The notes under the pieces: model-generated
What the model was told of the DNA's origin: nothing
What the model saw: only the letters and a program-made list of their open reading frames with translations
Databases searched by the model: none
From: an uncultured virus (IMG/VR IMGVR_UViG_3300048589_001558)
Lineage: Duplodnaviria > Heunggongvirae > Uroviricota > Caudoviricetes
Direction: 5' to 3' (one strand)
Length of the DNA stretch: 20,000 nucleotides
IMG/VR virus record: IMGVR_UViG_3300048589_001558
Shown: one piece after another, positions 1 through 7,503 of the stretch
Layout: every line of letters begins with the position of its first letter
Position numbering within the stretch: position 1 is the stretch's first letter
Position numbers and translations under genes: made by a program

Positions 1-1236
1 GTCGTCGCTCGGGATGTCGCGACGCCATGGGAGATCGCGCATGATTACGCCGACTGGAAGCAGTGGTCGGCTTACGGTGCGGAGGGAATCCGCGATACCC
101 GCGATCCCTGGAGCACGGCCGCGCGCCTGCTGCCCCCGCTCGCCTTCGACTACTCGGTCGATATCTGGAAGGATACCTGGCCTGAGCTGAAGAAGCGGGA
201 AGCCATCGCCCTGTCCCCTCGCCTGCACAGGCTGAAGGGCACTGAGCAAGGCCTCCGCGAGGCGATCGCCCTCGCCGGCGGCGAGCTGCTGAAGGTCGTG
301 ACGCCCCCGGCGAAGACGTTCCTGTCGCCGAACACGACGCCGGAACAGCGCGCGGATTTCCTGTCCCGCTATCCGCAGCTTCGCATCTATCCAAAGCGGT
401 CCATCGGCACGGCGCGTGGCTTGTTCCCGGGGTCAGCCCGATCGTTCCACAACCGGTACTTCCCGCTGAAGTCGGAGGCATTCTTTCGCGCCCTGCCCCG
501 CGCGTTCATGTGGGACCACGGCGCTGAGACCGAGCTCACCGTCCTACAGCGGCGATACGAGACTGAAACGCTTACCGTCGAGGAGCGCGTCGAGTTGCGC
601 ATGCGCGCTCCGCGAAGGCTCAACCACTACGACGCGCTCGCCAACCGGCGCGTTTTCGCCCTTTCCGCGACAGCGGCTCGGCGCATCTTCACCGTTCACA
701 CGCGCACGACGCTGGAGGTTCCCGGCGAGACGACGCTCGCGCGGCGCGTCGTCTACCCTTCTCTCGACCCGATCAATGTCCTTGCCGACTCGGTCGCGGA
801 GCTTGGAGTGCGGAAGATCCCGGCGCTCGGCCGCGCCTATCCCGGCGCTCGCTGGTTCGCTAGTTTCCCGCAGATTTCGCGAGCGAAGGAACGCATCTAC
901 CGGCGGACCTACCTGTTCGATCCGTCACGGCCGTTGAAGACGAAGGGGGCGACTACTTTCCTCGGCATCGCGCGTCTGGGCATGCCTCATCACAACGCAG
1001 AACTGACGGTGCGGGTGCGAGGGCGGCAGCATCCGTTCCGCGCACAGAGGTTCGTGTCCGGGTTCGTGTTGCACCGCCCGAAGGAAGAGCTGGCGTTCGT
1101 CAAGCGAGCGATCGTGACGCACAAGAGGCTTTCCGACCGCATCCTCATCAGCACCAAGACAACCGTACCGGTGACCGCCGGCGTCGGCACGACGGCCGGC
1201 GTCTATCTCGCCGGCGAACTCACCCAGGAGACGTAG
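1..1236 (+). CDS. Phage tail/baseplate protein, P2 gpI-like, with long basic C-terminal extension (5' end outside window)
   Basis: Frame +1 is open from base 1, upstream of the track's GTG at 298. It reads RDPWSTAARLLPPLAFDYSVDIWKDTWPELKKREAIALSPRLHRLKGTEQGLREAI, matching the gpI pattern DP..LLP.LA..SVD.W...WPE..KR..I..S..LH..KGT. Confidence 0.88.
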   Translation, partial: VVARDVATPWEIAHDYADWKQWSAYGAEGIRDTRDPWSTAARLLPPLAFDYSVDIWKDTWPELKKREAIALSPRLHRLKGTEQGLREAIALAGGELLKVVTPPAKTFLSPNTTPEQRADFLSRYPQLRIYPKRSIGTARGLFPGSARSFHNRYFPLKSEAFFRALPRAFMWDHGAETELTVLQRRYETETLTVEERVELRMRAPRRLNHYDALANRRVFALSATAARRIFTVHTRTTLEVPGETTLARRVVYPSLDPINVLADSVAELGVRKIPALGRAYPGARWFASFPQISRAKERIYRRTYLFDPSRPLKTKGATTFLGIARLGMPHHNAELTVRVRGRQHPFRAQRFVSGFVLHRPKEELAFVKRAIVTHKRLSDRILISTKTTVPVTAGVGTTAGVYLAGELTQET

Positions 1237-1241
1237 GGCTT

Positions 1242-3545
1242 ATGGAAAAGCTTGTTCAGTTCCGCGATCGTCAGGAGCTTGATCCTGCCGACCTCAACGG
1301 GATTCAGACCATCGTCCGCGCCTCGATAGATCGGCTCGTGAAGGGCGCGGTCACCGATCAGGACAAGTTCCTCGACCTCGACCTCACGCTGACCAGCGCC
1401 ACGACTTTCACAGTGGCGGCCGGTGCATATGTCAAGGATGGTCGTGTCTACGCTGTCGGCGTGCCGACGGCGTTCAACGTCTACGAAAACCTGCCCGTTT
1501 CGCATCGGCGCTACATCGCTATCGTCACCAGCGGCCAGGACGATGTGCCGGACCAGACCGAAGAGCGCGACTATCTCATCGACCCGGATTCGAACACCGT
1601 CGAGCCGCTCGCGGTGTCCATGCGCTCCGTTCGCCAGGGTTCCGTTTCGCTCGTTATCGGGCAGGAGAATGTCGACCCGCAGATGCCGACGATCCCGTCC
1701 AGCGCGCTGCTCGTGGCTCGCGTGCTGATGACCACGTCTGGCATCGTCTCCTACACGATGGAGGAAGCCAATCGCCTTCCGTCGCTTCGGAAGCACGGCG
1801 AGCGCATAGTCAGTCTGGAGAACTTCCGCACACGCGTCGAGCCGCAGATCGGCGCATTGACGACGCAGCTCGCCACACTGGAAGGCAGGACCGACAAGAA
1901 GCTCGACGCCGAGGACATCTACCCGGTCTATCAGGATCTCGCCCGCCTGAAGGAGCGCGCAAACCTGCCGGATGACTACTACAACTACGGCAGCGATCTC
2001 TTCAACAACAGCGACGAGACCGACCCCGGCTCCGCGGCTGGCCACATGATCGACCTGAATGGTCTGCATTTCCAGACCACGATCCAGAACCGCAATCTGA
2101 CGCTGCTCAACCCGACCGACCCCCTCGTCAGGCGCTACGACGGCGACTGGATCACGCCCGCCATGAGCCACGTGCTCATGCTGGAGGTGCCCGGCCAGCA
2201 GGGCGACCTCGTTATGTCGAGCTACCAGATGAAGGCGCAGGTCACCCGCTCGAAGCTCGTCTGGCATCATCAGCATCACAACGGATTCTGCGCCAGCTTC
2301 GCTCTCCGGCACTGGAAGAAGGCACGTGATTACTGGCTATCGTCGTGGGCGCAGGCTCTTTGGGCGACAGCCTACGCGCACACGACCTGGTGGAACCTGT
2401 ATCTGCGGGCGCATCACAATCACCGCCACAACCACGCGCTGATCAGTGGTTATCCGGCGCTCTACTTCCATCATCATCACCACTGGGTGCCGGAGACGGT
2501 CTACTACCAGTCGAACACGACGGTGAACCACACCGGGGCCATGATCGCTCAGACCTTCATGGCGCCGCGCGACTTCAACCTCTCCCAGGTCGGCTTCTTC
2601 CTGACATCGCTCGACACCAGCGGCGACGTGACCGTCATCATCACCGAGACGAAGAACGGCAAGCCCGATATCGACAATGTGCTCGCGAAGGTGACGGTCA
2701 CTTATGCCGACCTGAAGAGCAACGCACAGGAGACCCTGTCGGCGCTCAGCAACTGCTCCTTGAAGGGTGGCAACCTGTACGCTGCGATTCTTCTTACCCA
2801 GGGCGGCCATCGCGTCGCCACTGCGGCGCCCGGTTACACCGAGGGCATGTGCTACTACGGGAACGACGACACCTGGGTCGTCACCGACGCATCCCGCGAC
2901 CTCAAGCTCCGGTTCTACGCGCAGAAGCACACGAGGACACGCACCGAGGTCACTCTTGGGACCGTCGTGCTCGCCGGCGGCGTAACCGACATGACGATCG
3001 CGACCGAGATCCTCCAGCCGGAGGGTACGGAGGCGATATTCGAAGTTCGCAAGAATAACTCCGGCAACTGGATTGCGCTCAATACGCCGGGGCTGTTCAG
3101 CGACCAGCCTGATACGTTGGAGCTTCGCGTCGTCTTCCTTGGGACGTCGGATCTCCAGCCGTCCATCAAGCTCGGCAACGATCGAGTTCGCCTGATGCGG
3201 CTCGGCACAACGTTGTCCCACTTGTCGGTCGTGCGCACGCTTGCATCGTCGAAGCGCTACTTCCGCATCGACCTATGGGTGAGCAACCATGATCCGGACG
3301 ACGCCGATCAGACGCTCACCGTGAAGTTGAAGCATGGTGGTGGGTATTCGAGCGAGACAACCGCGTCCGCGGTGGTGGATCGCGACGACGAGCAGCAGAC
3401 GAAGATCGTCTCGTTCATCTTCGATACGACCACGCCGGTCACGACATACAAGATCGAAATCACAGGCTCGCGCGCAAACGGCGCACCGCCCTACGTCGTG
3501 CTGGAGCGCACCGACATAGCGGCGAACTCCGCCATCGCGGCCTAA
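1242..3545 (+). CDS. Putative baseplate wedge / tail-fibre-attachment protein (767 aa) with His/Trp-rich internal segment
   Basis: Long ORF with AGGAG RBS at 1226-1230, directly after gpI where P2-like phages place the fibre/baseplate gene. N-terminus MEKLVQFRDRQEL..ADLN resembles recalled alphaproteobacterial myovirus baseplate proteins; the C-terminus is beta-rich. Exact family not confirmed. Confidence 0.65.
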   Translation: MEKLVQFRDRQELDPADLNGIQTIVRASIDRLVKGAVTDQDKFLDLDLTLTSATTFTVAAGAYVKDGRVYAVGVPTAFNVYENLPVSHRRYIAIVTSGQDDVPDQTEERDYLIDPDSNTVEPLAVSMRSVRQGSVSLVIGQENVDPQMPTIPSSALLVARVLMTTSGIVSYTMEEANRLPSLRKHGERIVSLENFRTRVEPQIGALTTQLATLEGRTDKKLDAEDIYPVYQDLARLKERANLPDDYYNYGSDLFNNSDETDPGSAAGHMIDLNGLHFQTTIQNRNLTLLNPTDPLVRRYDGDWITPAMSHVLMLEVPGQQGDLVMSSYQMKAQVTRSKLVWHHQHHNGFCASFALRHWKKARDYWLSSWAQALWATAYAHTTWWNLYLRAHHNHRHNHALISGYPALYFHHHHHWVPETVYYQSNTTVNHTGAMIAQTFMAPRDFNLSQVGFFLTSLDTSGDVTVIITETKNGKPDIDNVLAKVTVTYADLKSNAQETLSALSNCSLKGGNLYAAILLTQGGHRVATAAPGYTEGMCYYGNDDTWVVTDASRDLKLRFYAQKHTRTRTEVTLGTVVLAGGVTDMTIATEILQPEGTEAIFEVRKNNSGNWIALNTPGLFSDQPDTLELRVVFLGTSDLQPSIKLGNDRVRLMRLGTTLSHLSVVRTLASSKRYFRIDLWVSNHDPDDADQTLTVKLKHGGGYSSETTASAVVDRDDEQQTKIVSFIFDTTTPVTTYKIEITGSRANGAPPYVVLERTDIAANSAIAA

Positions 3546-3554
3546 CGCTTTACC

Positions 3555-3578
3555 GGTGCGGCGCGCTTGCGCCGCGCT
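3555..3578 (+). other. GC-rich intergenic hairpin without U-tract
   Basis: GCGGCGC-gctt-GCGCCGC at 3558-3575, extendable by G-U/G-C pairs, lying between the stop at 3545 and the RBS at 3589. Confidence 0.45.
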
Positions 3579-3598
3579 CTCATCCCACGGAGTCCGCC

Positions 3599-3760
3599 AT
3601 GGTGAAGAAGCCTCAAGAGGACCCGACCGAATTGGTCAGGGTCGAACTGATCGAACCTCACGACCTTCCTGCCGGCGGGCGCCTTCCGGTGGGCAAGCTG
3701 ATCAAGGTGTCCGCCGCGCTCCGCGACGAACTGCGCTCGCTCGGCAAGCTCGCGGAATAA
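3599..3760 (+). CDS. Small hypothetical tail-module protein (53 aa), absent from ORF track
   Basis: ATG 3599 with GGAG RBS at 3589-3592. MVKKPQEDPTELVRVELIEPHDLPAGGRLPVGKLIKVSAALRDELRSLGKLAE*. TAA at 3758-3760 lies 6 nt before the next ATG and the ORF fills the intergenic gap. Confidence 0.75.
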   Translation: MVKKPQEDPTELVRVELIEPHDLPAGGRLPVGKLIKVSAALRDELRSLGKLAE

Positions 3761-3766
3761 GCTCTC

Positions 3767-5743
3767 ATGGCCCGGGAGTTCGGCTCCAAGTTCTGGCCGC
3801 GCATGCGCGACGGCATCACGAAGCTTGGCGAGCAGTATTTCAATCCGATCTGGGATTTGATCGACCGCCGATTGGATGTCCTCGAAACGCTGAAAATCTC
3901 CTGGGAACAGGCAGTCGCTGACCTCACCCAATTCGGTCTGCGCAGGATAGACGAGTCGCTTGCCCCGGCCATCGAGCGCATCGGGGAACTCGCGGAGCTT
4001 GGCTTTCTCATTGCCAACACTGAGGGCAACGACGCTCCCTTGGTGCAGGGCCAGGAGCATCTTCTCTTCGTTGTAGAAGAACAGCGGGAACTCTTCACGC
4101 CAACTCCATGGGTCGTGTTCATCCGAGAGGCGGAACGCGACGACTTTGCCGTCGTGCGCATGGTCGCCTATGACCCGCAAACTGGAGCGTTCACCGGCGA
4201 AATCGTGGTACAGCATGGCGATGCCGGCCCATTCGGTGACTGGATCATCGCGGCCAGCGCCGGCGTTTGGGAAAGCGTCTTCGGCCTTGCGGCGCAAGTC
4301 GCAGCCGACAAGCAGGCGGTTGCGGATGACCGCGTAAGTGTCTCAGCAAATACGCCGATTGCCGTCGCGGCGAAGAATGATGCAGTCGCCGCCATGATTG
4401 CGGCCGAGGCAGCGGCAGCGGCCGCTGCGACGTGGGACCCGGTGAACTACTGGTCGAAGGCTCTTAGCTACTCGGCCGCGCAGATCGACGCGCTGCGCAA
4501 CCTCGACCGCGACCCGCTCGACCGGCTGGCGATCCAGCCCGTCAGCTATCTGGATTTTTCGGGCGACTATGCCGTCGCGTCCGGATGGTTCACGCGCTCG
4601 GGAACGGCGCTCTCGCGCAAGGTCAACGGCCTGTTGACTTCCGTCGCGGCCAATACGCTGCGCATCGACCATGCACAGGGCAAGGTGAAGGGCGCGCTGC
4701 TGGAGCCGGCGGCGACCAATCTGGCATTGCACAGCCAGGACCTGTCGAACGCGGCATGGGCGAAGGTCCGGTGCTCGGTTTCGGCCAACACCGGCCTCGC
4801 ATCGGACGGCACCACGACGCTCGACAAGATCGTGGAGGACGGCACGGCCACGAACACGCATGTCGCCGAGCAGAGCGTCAATTTCGGCTCGGCCGGCTAC
4901 AAGACCATCAGCGTCGAGGCGCGGGCGGGCGAGCGGACATGGTGCTACCTCTCCGCCTTCGACAGCACGTCGGCCGGCGTCTGCGGCGTCTATTTCGATC
5001 TCGCCAACGCCGTGGCGGGGACCGTCGTCTCCGGCAGCGGCGTGATCGAAAGGCTCGACAACGGCAACTGCCTGATCAGCGTGACGGGCAACTTCGCGGC
5101 CGGCACCGGCGGCGTCGACATCTTCCTGGCATCAGGCGACGGCGCTGCCGTCTACAGCGGCAACGGTTCCTCGGGCGCCTATTTCGGGGAGGTCCAGTCC
5201 GAGGACGGCCGGGCGGCGACGTCCCGCATCCGCACGGCCGGGGCGACGGCTACCCGCAACGCCGACGTCCTGACGATCTCCGGCACGGATTTCTCCGAGG
5301 ACTGGAACGCGCTGGAATGCAGCGTCGTCATCGACTTCGAGGTCCGCACCAATCTCGGCGCGTCCGTCGCCTACATCTGGTCGATCACGGACGGCACCGG
5401 CGGCAATCTGCTCGGCCTGCGCGTCAACGGCGCGACCGGCAACCTTGAGCTGATCGTGCTTCAGGCCGGCAGCGCCAACGCCTACCTGCCGGTCTCGGCC
5501 GTCGCGCCGGGCCAGCGCCATCGCGTCGCAGCGTCGTTCACCAAGGACGCCTTCCACGTTTCGCTGAATGGCGGCGCGGTGCAGTCCGACACGGCCGGCG
5601 CCATGCCGGCCGGGCTCAGTCAGGAGTGCATCGGCCATCTCAACGGCGGCACGCATCTCTATGGCGGCGGCCATATCCGTCGCCGCGCCCGATACGGCAA
5701 GGCCATCGCCGCCGCCGATCTTCCGAAGGTATCCGCGCTATGA
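3767..5743 (+). CDS. Tail fibre / receptor-binding protein with C-terminal ConA/LamG-like lectin module (658 aa)
   Basis: N-terminal anchor, Ala-rich coiled stretch (AAQVAADKQAVA...AEAAAAAA), then FTRSGTA...NGLLTSVAANTLRIDH...GALLEPAATNL...ATSRIRT..ATATRNADVL, a motif set typical of phage fibre/spike carbohydrate-binding modules, and a LamG-like end (HRVAASF...VSLNGGAV). Confidence 0.75.
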   Translation: MAREFGSKFWPRMRDGITKLGEQYFNPIWDLIDRRLDVLETLKISWEQAVADLTQFGLRRIDESLAPAIERIGELAELGFLIANTEGNDAPLVQGQEHLLFVVEEQRELFTPTPWVVFIREAERDDFAVVRMVAYDPQTGAFTGEIVVQHGDAGPFGDWIIAASAGVWESVFGLAAQVAADKQAVADDRVSVSANTPIAVAAKNDAVAAMIAAEAAAAAAATWDPVNYWSKALSYSAAQIDALRNLDRDPLDRLAIQPVSYLDFSGDYAVASGWFTRSGTALSRKVNGLLTSVAANTLRIDHAQGKVKGALLEPAATNLALHSQDLSNAAWAKVRCSVSANTGLASDGTTTLDKIVEDGTATNTHVAEQSVNFGSAGYKTISVEARAGERTWCYLSAFDSTSAGVCGVYFDLANAVAGTVVSGSGVIERLDNGNCLISVTGNFAAGTGGVDIFLASGDGAAVYSGNGSSGAYFGEVQSEDGRAATSRIRTAGATATRNADVLTISGTDFSEDWNALECSVVIDFEVRTNLGASVAYIWSITDGTGGNLLGLRVNGATGNLELIVLQAGSANAYLPVSAVAPGQRHRVAASFTKDAFHVSLNGGAVQSDTAGAMPAGLSQECIGHLNGGTHLYGGGHIRRRARYGKAIAAADLPKVSAL

Positions 5744-6645
5744 ACCTGATCGCGACTGCAAAGCGGGCCGGGCTGCTTTCTCCCGGCCTCTGGCAGAGGC
5801 TTTTCGACACGTACCGCAAGAGCGAGACGTATACGAAGGCGGAGGCAGACGCGCTGGTTGCGTCGCTGCCCATCCTGCAGATCGATGACTTCACCAACTC
5901 CGGAACGTGGACGAAGCATCCGAAGGCACGCTTCATCAAGGTAATCGTGGACGGAGCCGGCGGCAGCGGCGGTGGCGGGGCTGCTGGCAACAGCAGCTCA
6001 AACCGGGGTGGTGGCGGCAGCGGCGGTGGCGGCGAAGAAGCGACCGAAATATTCCTGGCTTCGGAGTTTGGCGCTACGGAAAGCGTGCTCGTCGGAGCCG
6101 GTGGCGTCGGCGGCGCAGGTGCGCCGAGCGCAGGCAGCGGTTCCAACGGCAACGCAGGCGGCGACAGCAGCTTCGCAGGTAAAGTCCATGCGCGCGGAGG
6201 TGGCGCCGGCGGGCTCGGCAGCTCGGGCGGCGGCAGCGCGGGCGGCGGTCAGGCGCGTGATCCGGCGTCTGCGCCAGGAGCAGGATCGAGCGGTAGCACC
6301 GGCGCCAACGGTGGGTCAGCCGGATACTCGTATCGCGGCGGTCCGGGCGGCGGTGGCGGGTCCGGCATATCCACCGCCAACGTCTTCGGCAACGGCGGTA
6401 ATGGCGGCAAGCGAGGGGCTAACACGGGCGGAACCGGAGGGGCCGGTGGTGCGGCTGGCGGAGGCGACGGAGCCAACGGTGGTCCCTATGAGGGCGGCGG
6501 CGGCGGCGGTGGCAGCTCGGGGGCAGGCGGTAAGGGCGGCAATGGCGGCCGTGCCTCCGGTGGCGGCGGTGGTGGCGCGGGCCGCTCATCCGGCGGCGAC
6601 GGCGGGAACGGCGGAGACGGCTTCGTGAGGGTCATTCAATGGTAG
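5740..6645 (+). CDS. Glycine-rich tail adhesin / fibre-tip protein (301 aa)
   Basis: Start reassigned to ATG 5740 (ATGA overlap with the upstream stop, GAAGG upstream). FTNSGTWTKHPKARFIKVIVDGAGGSGGGG...GGNGGDGFVRVIQW is the typical frame of phage polyglycine-rich domains. Confidence 0.8.
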   Translation: MNLIATAKRAGLLSPGLWQRLFDTYRKSETYTKAEADALVASLPILQIDDFTNSGTWTKHPKARFIKVIVDGAGGSGGGGAAGNSSSNRGGGGSGGGGEEATEIFLASEFGATESVLVGAGGVGGAGAPSAGSGSNGNAGGDSSFAGKVHARGGGAGGLGSSGGGSAGGGQARDPASAPGAGSSGSTGANGGSAGYSYRGGPGGGGGSGISTANVFGNGGNGGKRGANTGGTGGAGGAAGGGDGANGGPYEGGGGGGGSSGAGGKGGNGGRASGGGGGGAGRSSGGDGGNGGDGFVRVIQW

Positions 6646-7217
6646 GGCGCAAGGCAGTCATCAATGCCGGCGTGGTCGAGAACGTCATTCTCGCCGACGA
6701 CGATTTCGAGATCGACGGCCGCCAGCTCGTCGCCCTGCCGGAAGGCTCGACCGTCGCGCCCGGCTGGGCCTATGACGGCGAGGAATTCGCGCCGGGCGTG
6801 CCGGTCTACGACATGGTCGCGCTCAAGGCGGCGGCCGTGAAGACGGCGATGGACTTCGGCAACGCTATCACCGGACAGGTTACGGGCGCATATGCGCAGG
6901 CCGAAATCCTGTCGTGGGACAAGCAGGAAGCCGAAGCACGCATTGTGGTGGATGGCGGCACCCTTCCTGCTTCCGCGATCCTGCCGGGCCTCGCAGAAGA
7001 CAAGGATGAGGATTTGCTCGCCTACGCGGAGAGCGTCGTTGCGAAAGCCGACGCGTTCCGTGCCATCGCGCGTGCAGCGGTCTATCTGCGACGGCGCATC
7101 AGCGAGGTCATTCTCGACCCGGCCGTCACCACGCCAGCCGAACTGGAAGCAGCCGTCGCGGGGCTTCGCGCGGAATGTGAAGCCATCGCCGAGCAGCTCA
7201 TTCCGGCCGCGATCTAA
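6639..7217 (+). CDS. Tail fibre assembly chaperone-like protein (192 aa)
   Basis: Overlaps the stop of the Gly-rich gene. N-terminal AVINAGVVENVILAD...PGWAYDGEEF and C-terminal YAQAEILSWDKQEAEAR...VVAKADAF resemble motifs of fibre-assembly proteins. Confidence 0.7.
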   Translation: MVGRKAVINAGVVENVILADDDFEIDGRQLVALPEGSTVAPGWAYDGEEFAPGVPVYDMVALKAAAVKTAMDFGNAITGQVTGAYAQAEILSWDKQEAEARIVVDGGTLPASAILPGLAEDKDEDLLAYAESVVAKADAFRAIARAAVYLRRRISEVILDPAVTTPAELEAAVAGLRAECEAIAEQLIPAAI

Positions 7218-7226
7218 GGGACGACA

Positions 7227-7427
7227 ATGGCCATAACCACCCTATTGCAGGCGCTCCTCGTCACTGATGTTGAGGACGTCTTGGTTACAGAGATCGTGGA
7301 AGACACCGGGCTTTACGTCCGAGAGATCCGCGTCCTTGGCGAAGACGACAAGCCGTTGCTGACCGTGCGGTTGAGCAGCGAGACAGCGGAGAAGATCCGC
7401 TTCACCACTCCGGAGCTGAGCTTCTAG
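7227..7427 (+). CDS. Small acidic hypothetical tail protein (66 aa)
   Basis: ATG with AAGGGA RBS, beta-rich sequence, last gene before the terminator. Confidence 0.7.
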   Translation: MAITTLLQALLVTDVEDVLVTEIVEDTGLYVREIRVLGEDDKPLLTVRLSSETAEKIRFTTPELSF

Positions 7428-7453
7428 CGCCAGCCCGCATTCCCTCCACCCGG

Positions 7454-7480
7454 ACCCGCCCTCGAGGCGGGTTTTTTGTT
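7454..7480 (+). terminator. Rho-independent terminator between fibre and sheath genes
   Basis: ACCCGCC-ctcga-GGCGGGT followed by TTTTTGTT. Confidence 0.85.
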
Positions 7481-7503
7481 GCCCGCAAGAGGACCAGCCT
7501 CCC

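Noticed and set aside
5626..5739. Track start of the Gly-rich ORF at 5626
   Set aside because: It would overlap the fibre gene by over 100 nt with an Arg-rich non-protein-like sequence. The ATGA-coupled start at 5740 fits better.
5955..6620. GGC-rich repeats as a tandem repeat array or CRISPR
   Set aside because: Explained by glycine codons. No constant repeat-spacer structure.
2262..6645. Diversity-generating retroelement or invertible fibre cassette
   Set aside because: No reverse transcriptase, invertase, near-identical TR/VR pair or inverted fibre copy was seen in the window.
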